Below are positions 1 through 9,110 of a stretch of DNA of 64,000 nt, one piece after another; the stretch's first letter is position 1, and every line of letters starts with the position of its first letter. The notes beneath the pieces are model-generated. The model searched no databases, had not been told where the DNA came from, and worked only from the letters and a program-made list of their open reading frames with translations. The translations under genes were made by a program, and so were the position numbers. Source of the stretch: Candidatus Bathyarchaeota archaeon (GTDB lineage Archaea > Thermoproteota > Bathyarchaeia > Bathyarchaeales > Bathycorpusculaceae); contig CAWEPZ010000002.1 of assembly GCA_963811105.1 (NCBI GenBank), positions 128,001-192,000 of the forward strand, written 5' to 3'.

Positions 1-1036
1 CTTTGGGTCCTTGACACTGTAACCCCACCCGGGCCAATTGTGGTGCAGTTGTAAGTATGGTTGTTTTACAGCCCTTCGACATTCGTGCTAGTAGGTACCG
101 CATGAGCTTTTCCCGCTCTTCCGGTGATAGGTCCTCTTCGTAATGTGATTTGCCTCTGCCTGCTGGAACAAAATTGAAATTGGTGAATCTTTCTGCGCCT
201 ATCTCCTCAGCTAAATCTATTATTGCTGGCATTTCTTCAAGGTTACTTTTCGTAGCTGTGGTAGCTATGCAGACACATAAATCAGCTTCTACACAATTCT
301 TCAAGCCAGCCACTGCTTGATCAAACGCGCCCCGTACACCACGGAATTCATCGTGCGTTTTGGCGGATGCCCCATCGATGCTAATGTCTAAGTAGTTTAC
401 TCCAGCTTGCTTGAGCTTCTCAACGTTTTCCTTGGTCAGCAGGGTACCGTTTGTAGCAACTGAAATGTAGAGTCCACGGTCTGCTGCGTGTCGTGCAACT
501 TGGAAGAAGTCTTCCCTGGTGAGGGGTTCGCCGCCCGAGAATGCAAGCGCCGTTAATCCAGCATCTGCAAGCTGGTCCACTACTGCCAGCGCTTCCTGGG
601 TTGTAAGTTCCTTTTCTTTGACGGCGCCGCTGTTTGAGTAGCAATGTTTGCAGTTCAAATTGCATTTATGCGTAAAATCCCAAACAATCAAAAACGGAGC
701 ATAAAGAGAAATGGGTTTCTTGATTCCCATGTAAGCAAAACTTTTGGTTAAATTCATTACTGCTCGCCGAGCGTAGGGGTCAGCTAAGAGTTTCTCAACT
801 TTTTCCCGTTTAAGGTTTAAACTGCGCCTTAAGAATTCAAGCCAGAACCCAATGATCTGAGAGTAAAGAGGACTACATTTCTCGCAGTTCAGCTTGGTTT
901 TCCCTGTGTAATTGTCTAATGCTGCTTCAAGAACAGTTCTGCCGCAGGCGGGGCATTTTTTGAGTGATAGCAGAAGCATTTTCTTTGTCATAGGCAACTT
1001 TATAACTGCATTCCAGAAGCTATCGTAACTAAGCAT
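1..1036 (-). CDS. Radical SAM (probably SPASM-type) protein, 3'-truncated by the window edge; candidate GMGT synthase (Gms)-family enzyme
   Basis: Not in the ORF track; translated by hand from ATG at 1036: MLSYDSFWNAV...CPACG...CEKC...APFLIVWDFTHKCNLNCKHCY...FSGGEPL...VATNG...ISIDG...HDEFRG...FNFVPAGRG...DLSPEERE...LTTAPQLARV. It has a CxxxCxxC motif plus an N-terminal CxxC pair, and GGAGG lies upstream. Confidence 0.85.
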   Translation of the reverse strand, partial: MLSYDSFWNAVIKLPMTKKMLLLSLKKCPACGRTVLEAALDNYTGKTKLNCEKCSPLYSQIIGFWLEFLRRSLNLKREKVEKLLADPYARRAVMNLTKSFAYMGIKKPISLYAPFLIVWDFTHKCNLNCKHCYSNSGAVKEKELTTQEALAVVDQLADAGLTALAFSGGEPLTREDFFQVARHAADRGLYISVATNGTLLTKENVEKLKQAGVNYLDISIDGASAKTHDEFRGVRGAFDQAVAGLKNCVEADLCVCIATTATKSNLEEMPAIIDLAEEIGAERFTNFNFVPAGRGKSHYEEDLSPEEREKLMRYLLARMSKGCKTTILTTAPQLARVGLQCQGPK

Positions 1037-1124
1037 GCTCAACCAAATTGCCCTCCTGACATAGTAACAGGTGTAGAGTAGGTTGTCTGATAATGTTAAG
1101 TATTTCTCTTAAACGCCTTAATGA

Positions 1125-1757
1125 CTAATCGATGTTCATTTTGAGGCGTTGTTTCATTGTCTCGTCTGCAATCTCTAAATCCTTAATAGTGTTAATGTTG
1201 AGGAGCACTTCAACTTCTTTTGTAATAATGGCGCATGTTTCAATTTTGCCTTCTTCTTGGATTCTGGCTCCGTTAATTATGTTGACCCCTGAAACAGCAT
1301 ACCACACGCCCCTGTACTCATCAGTAGAGTCAACGGACAATCCTAAGCCCTCCCGCGTTTCGATGGGCACAAAAACCGCAAAGAAATCTTTACCGCAAAC
1401 TTCAAACTGGCTGATGATTCTATCGAGGAATTTGCCTGTAACAGCTGGGGAATCAGCTGGAATCGTCAATACGGGACCCATCAAATTGGCTTGGCGAACC
1501 GCCTGTTTCAAGTCATCATGATAGCCTTTTGCGTCAGTGTGTAGCACTTTCCATCCTTTGTTTTGGCAATGCTTCTCTGTTTCAGGCGTGTTGCCACTGG
1601 TTACAACATAAAAGTCTGAAATCTTTTGTGCGCAGACAACTGCTTCCGTGACCCAATCAATCAGTGGTTTACTTTGAAGAGGCAAAAGCGGTTTCTCAAC
1701 TGGCAAACCAATACGTTTTCCTTTTCCGCCAGCCATAATCAAAGCGGGAACATTCAT
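1125..1757 (-). CDS. cobY: CobY/MobA-like NTP transferase (adenosylcobinamide-phosphate guanylyltransferase family), paralog 1
   Basis: MAGGKGKR...EKPL motif, ADSP, C-terminal NINT; overlaps the cobS-like gene by 4 bp. Confidence 0.75.
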   Translation of the reverse strand: MNVPALIMAGGKGKRIGLPVEKPLLPLQSKPLIDWVTEAVVCAQKISDFYVVTSGNTPETEKHCQNKGWKVLHTDAKGYHDDLKQAVRQANLMGPVLTIPADSPAVTGKFLDRIISQFEVCGKDFFAVFVPIETREGLGLSVDSTDEYRGVWYAVSGVNIINGARIQEEGKIETCAIITKEVEVLLNINTIKDLEIADETMKQRLKMNID

Positions 1758-2584
1758 AGTAACATCAACACGCCTGCAAGCAAAATAAGCGTAGTTGCCC
1801 TGGCCACTTCATTTGTTGCTCCAATCGTGTCGCCTGAAACTCCTCCAAAAGCATTGTTCGAAACTTTTAACATAAGAAATGCCACTGGAATACTGACCAA
1901 TGTTAACGCCACACCGATTAAGCCTAAGAATGGATTAAGCGTTAATGCAAAAAATGGGTAAGCAATTAAGATCGAAAGCAGATAGGCGACTATGTTTAGT
2001 TTCTTTTTGGCTTTCGCCAGGAAAATTGAGCCTAACCCTTTATGTGTAGGTTTCCCAACCCAGACAATTGTGACCATAGCTAATTTTGCTGAAACTTCAG
2101 CGGCTATAATTGCTCCGAAGGCAAAAAGCGGGTTAATCAAAAACAAGCCTGCGAAAGCGGTAAACTCCACAATCATCGCAAGGAGCGCCCCCCAGTAAGT
2201 GACCGTCCAAGCGTGCGCAACGGTTTTTCGGTCATGCAGATTTCTCAAGCCAAATGTGTTGCCTAAATCGATTAAGCCGTCGAAGTGTTGAAGCCCAGTT
2301 AAAACCAGCAGGAATGCCACCGTCATCGCAGAAACCGCGAGCTTAGATAGGAAATCTGTTGGCAGGGTAATGAATTGATTAGCTAGACCAAGCAATAAAT
2401 GAAGGATGTAGTTTGCGCCTAAAAAGTAGCCTGCCGCAAGTACGCCTATGAAGCCGCCGATAAGCGGAAACAGGTACATATGCTCGGCGGTGTTGAAAAT
2501 ATAATCTTCCCCTCCGCAAACAGGAATGATGGTTAGGAAAGATAGCAAATCCCTAAAAGTTTTTATAGTTTTCACAGGCGACAT
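1754..2584 (-). CDS. cobS: CobS-like membrane protein (adenosylcobinamide-GDP ribazoletransferase family), divergent paralog 1
   Basis: FLTIIP, FPLIG, LTGLQHFDGLID, GLGSIF, FGGVSGDTIGATNE motifs. Confidence 0.8.
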   Translation of the reverse strand: MSPVKTIKTFRDLLSFLTIIPVCGGEDYIFNTAEHMYLFPLIGGFIGVLAAGYFLGANYILHLLLGLANQFITLPTDFLSKLAVSAMTVAFLLVLTGLQHFDGLIDLGNTFGLRNLHDRKTVAHAWTVTYWGALLAMIVEFTAFAGLFLINPLFAFGAIIAAEVSAKLAMVTIVWVGKPTHKGLGSIFLAKAKKKLNIVAYLLSILIAYPFFALTLNPFLGLIGVALTLVSIPVAFLMLKVSNNAFGGVSGDTIGATNEVARATTLILLAGVLMLL

Positions 2585-2622
2585 ATACCCTAAACTACCT
2601 GAAACAGAATATAGGCTTTGTC

Positions 2623-3567
2623 GTGGATTATATGGGGGAATTACAGGGAAAAAAAATAGTAGTTACTGGTGGCGCAGGTTTCATCGGCTATCATCTGTGC
2701 AAAAGGCTGTCGGATTTAGTATCTGACTTGATAATATACGATAACTTATCAAGCGGCACCATGCAAAACGTGAAAGATGTTCCCAAAGTAAAATTGGTAA
2801 AGGGAGACATTTTAGACCTCAAAAAAATGCTTTCACTAGATAAGGCTGATTTAATTTATCATTTAGCTGCTCAGGTTGTTGTGCCCTATTCGATGGAAAA
2901 TCCTCTTATTGATTTTGAAACAAACGCTAAGGGGACCGTGCAGGTTCTTGAGAAAGCGCGCAAAGATGATGCTAAACTGGTTTTCGCCTCCAGCGCTGCC
3001 GTTTACGGTAACCCAACCGTTTTTCCAACTCCTGAGAGTTATGGTTTTCACCCCTTCTCATGCTACGGTTTATCCAAAGTTGTGGGTGAAGAATATTGTG
3101 ACATGTACAAGAGCCAGTATGGTTTAGACGTCACAATAATGCGGTTTGCGAATGTTTACGGGTTAAGATGCCACGGAGTCATCCACGACTTCTTAGACAA
3201 ACTTGCTGCGAACCCAGGTAAACTGGAAATAATCGGCACAGGTTTGCAGTCTAGAGATTTCGTCAATGTGTCTGATGTGGTTGATGCGCTTGTTACTGTC
3301 GGCGCTGAGGATTCTGCTAATGGTAAGGTTTACAATTTAGGGTTTGGAACAACAACAACTATAATTGACCTTGCCAAAATGATGCTGAAAATTCTGGGTT
3401 TAGAAAAGAAGACTTTCATTACAACAACCGGTGTCTCTTGGCAGGGTGATGTCACTAAGATATGGTTTGATAACTCCAAAGCAAAGAAAGAATTGAATTG
3501 GAACCCAAAAATAACTCTTGAAGAAAGTATCAAGGAAGTTATTGCTGCGAGGAAATTCTCGAAATGA
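2623..3567 (+). CDS. NAD-dependent NDP-sugar epimerase/dehydratase (extended SDR)
   Basis: TGGAGFIG, HLAA, ASSAAVYG, YGLSK catalytic motif; alternative start ATG 2632. Confidence 0.92.
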   Translation: MDYMGELQGKKIVVTGGAGFIGYHLCKRLSDLVSDLIIYDNLSSGTMQNVKDVPKVKLVKGDILDLKKMLSLDKADLIYHLAAQVVVPYSMENPLIDFETNAKGTVQVLEKARKDDAKLVFASSAAVYGNPTVFPTPESYGFHPFSCYGLSKVVGEEYCDMYKSQYGLDVTIMRFANVYGLRCHGVIHDFLDKLAANPGKLEIIGTGLQSRDFVNVSDVVDALVTVGAEDSANGKVYNLGFGTTTTIIDLAKMMLKILGLEKKTFITTTGVSWQGDVTKIWFDNSKAKKELNWNPKITLEESIKEVIAARKFSK

Positions 3568-4451
3568 CCCGTCCAGCGCCAGCAAGAGGATTGATCGCTC
3601 TGTTGCGTCTTCCCTACTGGCTGATGACTGGCGGTTTATCGCTTCTAACAGCTTTTGCCATCTCAAAAAATCCCCTCAACCTCAGCATACCTACTCTTGT
3701 GTTGATTTTCTTCTCCATGGCACTTATCACTTCAGCAGGCTTCGCAATCAACGACTACTTTGATAGAGAAAGCGACGCGGTAATCAAACCAAAACGTCCT
3801 ATCCCTTCAGGTGCCCTTTCACTTAAGCAAGTGATCACTATTTCTGGCGTGCTTTTCTCTGTAGGCTTGGTTATGGCTGCTTACATTAATTGGCTAAGCT
3901 TTGCAATTATCGCTGTGGATTCTGTATTGCTTTTGATCTATTCAATTCTTGTTAAGCGCAAATCTGGTTTTGTCGCTAACGTTTTGATTGGCATTTTAAC
4001 TGGAACTGCTTTTCTGTTTGGAGAAGCAACCATCTCCGTCCCTCCAACAATAAGCTTGATTTCCCTAAGTCTATACCCAATAGCTTTCGGAACAATCGGC
4101 GGCAACATCCTGCGCGATGTTCTTAGCCTTGAAGGCGATCAAAAAGTTAGTTATCCAACACTTCCCCAAAAAATCGGCATCACTGGTTCAACCAAAGCAG
4201 CTGCGGTTTTCTTCACATTAACCGGTGTGCTTGCGCCTCTTCCCATCTTCATAGGCAACTTTGGTATTTACTACTTGCCCTTCATTCTCTTGTGGAGTGT
4301 TCTACTAGTTTACTGTTCAATACGCCTTGTAACTGCTTCTTCAACGATAGCCAATATTCGGAAATATGAGCGGCTTGTTACTATGTCGATGATTTTGCTT
4401 CCATTAGCATTAATAATTCAGGCGATATCTCGCATACTTGGAGGGGCTTAA
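3564..4451 (+). CDS. UbiA-family prenyltransferase, digeranylgeranylglyceryl-phosphate (DGGGP) synthase type
   Basis: INDYFDRESDAVIKPKRPIPSG and LRDVLSLEGD...PTLP Asp-rich motifs, multiple TM helices; ATGA overlap with the epimerase. Confidence 0.85.
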   Translation: MTRPAPARGLIALLRLPYWLMTGGLSLLTAFAISKNPLNLSIPTLVLIFFSMALITSAGFAINDYFDRESDAVIKPKRPIPSGALSLKQVITISGVLFSVGLVMAAYINWLSFAIIAVDSVLLLIYSILVKRKSGFVANVLIGILTGTAFLFGEATISVPPTISLISLSLYPIAFGTIGGNILRDVLSLEGDQKVSYPTLPQKIGITGSTKAAAVFFTLTGVLAPLPIFIGNFGIYYLPFILLWSVLLVYCSIRLVTASSTIANIRKYERLVTMSMILLPLALIIQAISRILGGA

Positions 4452-5919
4452 CGTAAGCAAAACAAAGAGTGTCTGTCCTGAATGCCAGAAAAAAATCGAT
4501 GCCCAATTAACGCAGGCTAACGGAAAAATCAAAATTACCAAGCAATGCCTCGAACACGGCGATTTTGAAGCTACGCATTGGCAAAGCCTAAGCGTATACA
4601 ATCACATGCAAACCTACGACACCTTCCAGTATCTTGGTGACTTGAATGCACCAAAAGACCCCGAAGGCTGCCCCTACGTCTGCGAAACCTGCAACAATCA
4701 TGCTTCAGGCACGGTCATAGGCGTTATTGACGTAACTAAACGTTGCAACTTCAAATGTGCAGTTTGCTTCTCGACTTTTCCTCAGCAAGAAGTCGATTAT
4801 GAACCCACCAAAGAAGCGCTCATTGACATGCTTGTGTTCGTAAGCAAAGCTAACCCCAAGCCACCAGCAATCTTGTTTTCAGGAGGAGAACCGTTAGAAC
4901 GAGAAGATATGCCTGAAATAATTGGTGCAGCGCACAGACTAAAGTTTATGACTATTTTGGCGACCAATGGAACTCATTTGGTTGACACTCCGGGGCTAGC
5001 GAAGAAGCTTAAAGATAACGGTTTGAACATCGTTTATTTATCGTTTGATAGTTTCCATGAAGAATTCAACAAGAAAGTTAGAGGACGAGAGCTCTTAGAT
5101 ATTAAACTTAACGCTATTGAGGTTTGCCGTAAATACGACATGGAAATCATCTTAGTTAACACGTTGATGAAGAGTTTAAACGATAAAGAAGTCGGCGACA
5201 TGATAAGGTTCGCCGCCAAAAACACCGAGATTGTTCGAGGACTAATTTTCCAGCCCATAGCCTTCACTGGCCGAGCCACCGAAAACCCATTCCGTGAAAA
5301 CTTCCGTGAATGGTCCTTTGCGGAAGACGTTGAAAAACAAACCTTCGGGGAAATAAAAACCAAAGACCTGTTTCCCATGTCAGTTATGACTTCGCCAATT
5401 AAAATAATGCGAAAATTCATGCAAAAACCTTGGCCTCTCTTCTCTTGCAGTCCTCAATGCGGAATTGTAAACTGGGTTTACGTTTCTGAAGACGGCAAAA
5501 TGTTCCCAATCAACCGCTTTGTCAACTTTGACAGGTTCTTTAACTACATTCGAAAAACCGCTGAAAATGCTGAATCAAAAGGAAAATTTTCATTGCTGTC
5601 ATCACTATTCATGGCATCAATGCTTTCAATGAATATGTTCCTAGTCACCAAAGAAGTAGGTATGCTAACCTTGATGAAATCGATTATGCGCATGCATCTT
5701 GCACCATCTTACCAATCGCTGGGAAAAATCCGCAGACGCATCTTCCTCCTTGGCTGCATGGCATTTATGGACTCCTACAACTTCGACGTAAACCGAGTAA
5801 GACGATGCGTTGTGCACTATATCACGCCGAATAAGAAAATCATACCATTCTGCGCCTACAACAACATACACCGAGTCGCAATCGAGAAGCAATTCGGTGA
5901 AAGACAAAAGAAAGCTTAG
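4438..5919 (+). CDS. tes: Tetraether lipid synthase (Tes / GDGT-MAS, MJ0619 family) radical SAM enzyme
   Basis: N-terminal CPEC...CLEHG, GCPYVCETCNNH, radical SAM CNFKCAVC, FQPIAFTGR, FMDSYNFDVNRVRRCVVHY...IIPFCAYN C-terminal signature. Confidence 0.88.
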   Translation: MEGLNVSKTKSVCPECQKKIDAQLTQANGKIKITKQCLEHGDFEATHWQSLSVYNHMQTYDTFQYLGDLNAPKDPEGCPYVCETCNNHASGTVIGVIDVTKRCNFKCAVCFSTFPQQEVDYEPTKEALIDMLVFVSKANPKPPAILFSGGEPLEREDMPEIIGAAHRLKFMTILATNGTHLVDTPGLAKKLKDNGLNIVYLSFDSFHEEFNKKVRGRELLDIKLNAIEVCRKYDMEIILVNTLMKSLNDKEVGDMIRFAAKNTEIVRGLIFQPIAFTGRATENPFRENFREWSFAEDVEKQTFGEIKTKDLFPMSVMTSPIKIMRKFMQKPWPLFSCSPQCGIVNWVYVSEDGKMFPINRFVNFDRFFNYIRKTAENAESKGKFSLLSSLFMASMLSMNMFLVTKEVGMLTLMKSIMRMHLAPSYQSLGKIRRRIFLLGCMAFMDSYNFDVNRVRRCVVHYITPNKKIIPFCAYNNIHRVAIEKQFGERQKKA

Positions 5920-6005
5920 TTAAGAAGCCTTAAACTTGACAACCTTTTTGCTTAGTCTGGTTAGAAAACAGACGCTAACAAGTTGAATTGAAGTATTCTA
6001 TTTTA

Positions 6006-6527
6006 TTAACTGGAAACTTGTATGTTTAAGACGCAGTAGTTATTGGTAAACTCGTAGGTCGATGTGTCAGGGTTTAAGCGCCAGAGTTCAAAAATAACCG
6101 AGTAACTTCCCACCTGATTTTCAGTAATTGTTTGTAAGCTTTGCCAAGATTTCCCGTTCTCCAACGTTATTGTTGTGGTGTTGATAGCTGGGGTATTAAC
6201 TGGTATGGTGGACAGGTTTGGAGTGATTTTAGTTAAGACTTGAAATTGTGTAGTGGCTCCCCTGTGGTTTTCAACGGCTAGCCACACACTAAATGTGCTG
6301 TTGTAGTTAGCCACTAGCGTGGCAGGGTAATTATCAGCGGTTTTCTGGGTGTCGAGGAGGTAAATTGTGCTGTAGCCTTCTGGTTTAGCTGGGAACGCTA
6401 TAAAGTAGACTGCAGCTACTACAGAAACAATAATTAAAACAACAAAGATGGCGATTACGATGCCTTTATCATCGTTTATGCCGATTTTCCTTCCAATGCT
6501 GTTGACACGTTCTAATCGTATTTGCAT
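6006..6527 (-). CDS. DUF1616-like membrane-anchored protein
   Basis: N-terminal TM, then EGYSTIYLL...ADNYP...VENHRG; beta-rich extracellular domain. Confidence 0.6.
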   Translation of the reverse strand: MQIRLERVNSIGRKIGINDDKGIVIAIFVVLIIVSVVAAVYFIAFPAKPEGYSTIYLLDTQKTADNYPATLVANYNSTFSVWLAVENHRGATTQFQVLTKITPNLSTIPVNTPAINTTTITLENGKSWQSLQTITENQVGSYSVIFELWRLNPDTSTYEFTNNYCVLNIQVSS

Positions 6528-7230
6528 CTAGAAGCCCCTTAAATATAGTGCTAAATATCTCAATCCCTGACTTAAATGGTTTAAGCTTAGTTTTCCCATA
6601 TTTTCTGGCTTTGTAAGTGGTGGGGATTTCAACCATGTTGTAGCCTTCTTTAGCGAATCCGATAAGCATCTCCGTAGCGTAAGCCATGTCATTCTCTTTT
6701 AACTCTACTCTATCAATGGCATCATGAGATATCGCTCGAAACCCCGATTGGCTGTCACTTAAGAATTGGCTATAGAAGAAGTCAAAAGTAAACGTGATTA
6801 TTTTGTTGCCTATGAAATTTAAAAGGCCCATGGCTTTGTTTGGGTCATACATGCGTGTGGCTAAAACCATGTCGGCGTCTTTCTCAACCATCCGCTCAAT
6901 CATGCGGTTGATGTGCTTTACTTCGTAGGTTCCATCGCCGTCAACCATTACAATGATGTTGCCTTTGGCGTTTTTCATCCCTGTTTTTAGTGCTAAGCCA
7001 TAACCGCGTCTTGGTTCAATTATAAGTCTACAGAAATTTGTATCTTTAACGATTTCTATGGTTCCATCTGTTGAGTTGCTGTCAACAACAATAATTTCTT
7101 TGGGGTAGGCTAACTCTTTCTGGATGGTGGTGACAGCTTCAAGAATGTTTCCTGCTTCATTAAGTGTTGGAATGACTACCGAGACCAAATCCACTTTTGA
7201 CGTCATATGCATACCCCCAATATTTTGCAA
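6469..7230 (-). CDS. Glycosyltransferase family 2 (DPM synthase-like)
   Basis: VSVVIPTLNE, VVDSNSTDGT, GYG, VDGDGT, DSQSGFRA. Confidence 0.92.
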   Translation of the reverse strand: MQNIGGMHMTSKVDLVSVVIPTLNEAGNILEAVTTIQKELAYPKEIIVVDSNSTDGTIEIVKDTNFCRLIIEPRRGYGLALKTGMKNAKGNIIVMVDGDGTYEVKHINRMIERMVEKDADMVLATRMYDPNKAMGLLNFIGNKIITFTFDFFYSQFLSDSQSGFRAISHDAIDRVELKENDMAYATEMLIGFAKEGYNMVEIPTTYKARKYGKTKLKPFKSGIEIFSTIFKGLLDANTIRTCQQHWKENRHKR

Positions 7231-7255
7231 AGGCTATATTGTTTCCGCAACATGG

Positions 7256-8440
7256 TTAAATAAGCTCTTCGTATATCTCGATGAGTGTTTCAACGTTCTT
7301 ATCCCAACTATATTTCTCTTCCATCATCGCTCTAAGCTCTGATTTGCGTGAGCCCCAATCAGCCTCTGAAAACTCCAAAATCGACTCTGCCATCGCCTCA
7401 GGCTTGTTAGGTGCCACAAGTTTCCCAAACCTTTGATTCAAGATTTCGCTTATTCCTCCCACATTTGTTGCTATAACAGGTAATCCGCAAGACATGGCTT
7501 CAAGTGCAACCAAAGGCAAGCCTTCACCAGATTTAGATGGTAACACAAAGAAGTCTGCGGCGTTATAGTAGAACGGTAAATCTTCATCGGTCACAAACCC
7601 AGTGAGCTTAAAGTTGTTTTCTATTCCTAGTTGCTTAGTTTTGATTTGTACGCTGCTTTGGTCTGGTCCTTTTCCAACTACAAGAAAGAAAATGTTTGGT
7701 CTCTTCTTGACTGCGATATTGGCGCCTTCAATTAATGTGTCAATGCCATTTTTGTAAACCAGCCGCCTAACAGTCAGCACCACAGTTGCGTTTTGTGGAA
7801 TTCCAAGTTTTCTGCGCATTTCCTCACGTTTTCCCGCTAGAGGTCTGAAACGAGCCAAATCGACACCGTTACGTAGCACTGTAATCTTGCTTGGTTTTGC
7901 TCCTAAACTTAAAACATAATCTCTGGAAGCGTTACTTACTGCGATTATTTTGTCTGCTTGTTTAAGTGTTTCCTTTCCAACCGCAAGGTCGTTTAACCGT
8001 TCGACTGTATCAAACAAATTGTCGTATTCAATGAAAGTGTTATGCTGTGTTAAAACAAACGGCTTAGAGTACCTTCTCGCAAGTTTGCCGGCAATAAGTG
8101 AGGTTAAGTAAGGGTGACCATGAGCGTGAACTATTTTGCTTGATTTTACCGCCCTAAGAAAAGTCTTAAAGCTGCTTACTGTCGGAATGGGGTAGGGGAT
8201 TCCAAGACTGAATCCAGTGTTAAGCGAAGGATAGCATTCAACGTTGATTCCATCAAGAACATAACGTTTGGGCGTCCCAATCCTGCTGGTTACAACCATG
8301 GGTATAAAATTTCTCTGCAGAAGCCGTGTACTTTGTTCATAAACAACCTTCTCTATTCCGCCAACATGCGGCAGAAAAGTGTGTGTAACAATGCACAGTC
8401 GTGTTTGAACCATGGAAGCCCAACTGCGTAAACTCCTCAA
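7256..8440 (-). CDS. Glycosyltransferase family 4
   Basis: GGIE, NGVD, KNGID, EGLPLVALEAMSCGLPVI. Confidence 0.93.
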   Translation of the reverse strand: MRSLRSWASMVQTRLCIVTHTFLPHVGGIEKVVYEQSTRLLQRNFIPMVVTSRIGTPKRYVLDGINVECYPSLNTGFSLGIPYPIPTVSSFKTFLRAVKSSKIVHAHGHPYLTSLIAGKLARRYSKPFVLTQHNTFIEYDNLFDTVERLNDLAVGKETLKQADKIIAVSNASRDYVLSLGAKPSKITVLRNGVDLARFRPLAGKREEMRRKLGIPQNATVVLTVRRLVYKNGIDTLIEGANIAVKKRPNIFFLVVGKGPDQSSVQIKTKQLGIENNFKLTGFVTDEDLPFYYNAADFFVLPSKSGEGLPLVALEAMSCGLPVIATNVGGISEILNQRFGKLVAPNKPEAMAESILEFSEADWGSRKSELRAMMEEKYSWDKNVETLIEIYEELI

Positions 8441-8618
8441 TCAACATAGTATTATAATCTTATGGAAAAACAAATTTGAACCCAAAAAAGACTAAAAGGT
8501 CTACTTTTAGTTGCCTAAAACATAAAACAAGTAGTTTAGTTCTCCACTACCGTCAATTTAGTGGTAAAGTCATCTACAAATTGATGCTCCTACCCCCATA
8601 ATTGCAGAGGCGGAAGCG

Positions 8619-9110
8619 TTACGGTTTTATTCCTGCCTTTTTTATAGCTTGCGTATATACATTTGAAGATACGCCAGCAACCAAAGCCCCGATAGCATCA
8701 TTTGTCAAAGGAGGCAGCTTCTTTAAAATGCCTGGTTTAGCTTGGTCAAACCGCACAAACTCAAACATGCCTCTTGACCCGCCGATGTAAGTGGCAATCG
8801 CTATCCCGATCAATTCATCAGCCACAAGTCCCGGTCTGCCTAGAAACCGTTCCTTCGTCAATCCGGGAATCAAACCTTTCTCTGCATCCTCTTGAGCACG
8901 GAACGCAGCCACGATAAGTGTGGAAACGTTGACGTCTGTTAAAACATCAAGGAACTCTTCCCTGAGCATTCCCGAGGCTTTTTCCTCGTTTTCTACTCCT
9001 GGGTGAGGCACGTACATTTCAAGAGCCGCATGAATTAGGCTTTTTAGGGAAATATCGCGTTTTTCCAAGTACTCTAGCAACGGGGGCGCTTCTCTACTCA
9101 TGTTGTCCAT
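8619..9110 (-). CDS. cobZ: Archaeal alpha-ribazole-phosphate phosphatase CobZ / PgpA-like protein
   Basis: YVPHPG, DVNV, LVADELIG, IATYIGG, FEFVRFDQAKPGIL, DAIG motifs. Confidence 0.8.
   Translation of the reverse strand: MDNMSREAPPLLEYLEKRDISLKSLIHAALEMYVPHPGVENEEKASGMLREEFLDVLTDVNVSTLIVAAFRAQEDAEKGLIPGLTKERFLGRPGLVADELIGIAIATYIGGSRGMFEFVRFDQAKPGILKKLPPLTNDAIGALVAGVSSNVYTQAIKKAGIKP

Noticed and set aside
420-665. 81-aa minus-strand ORF
   Set aside because: Out-of-frame overlap with the radical SAM gene
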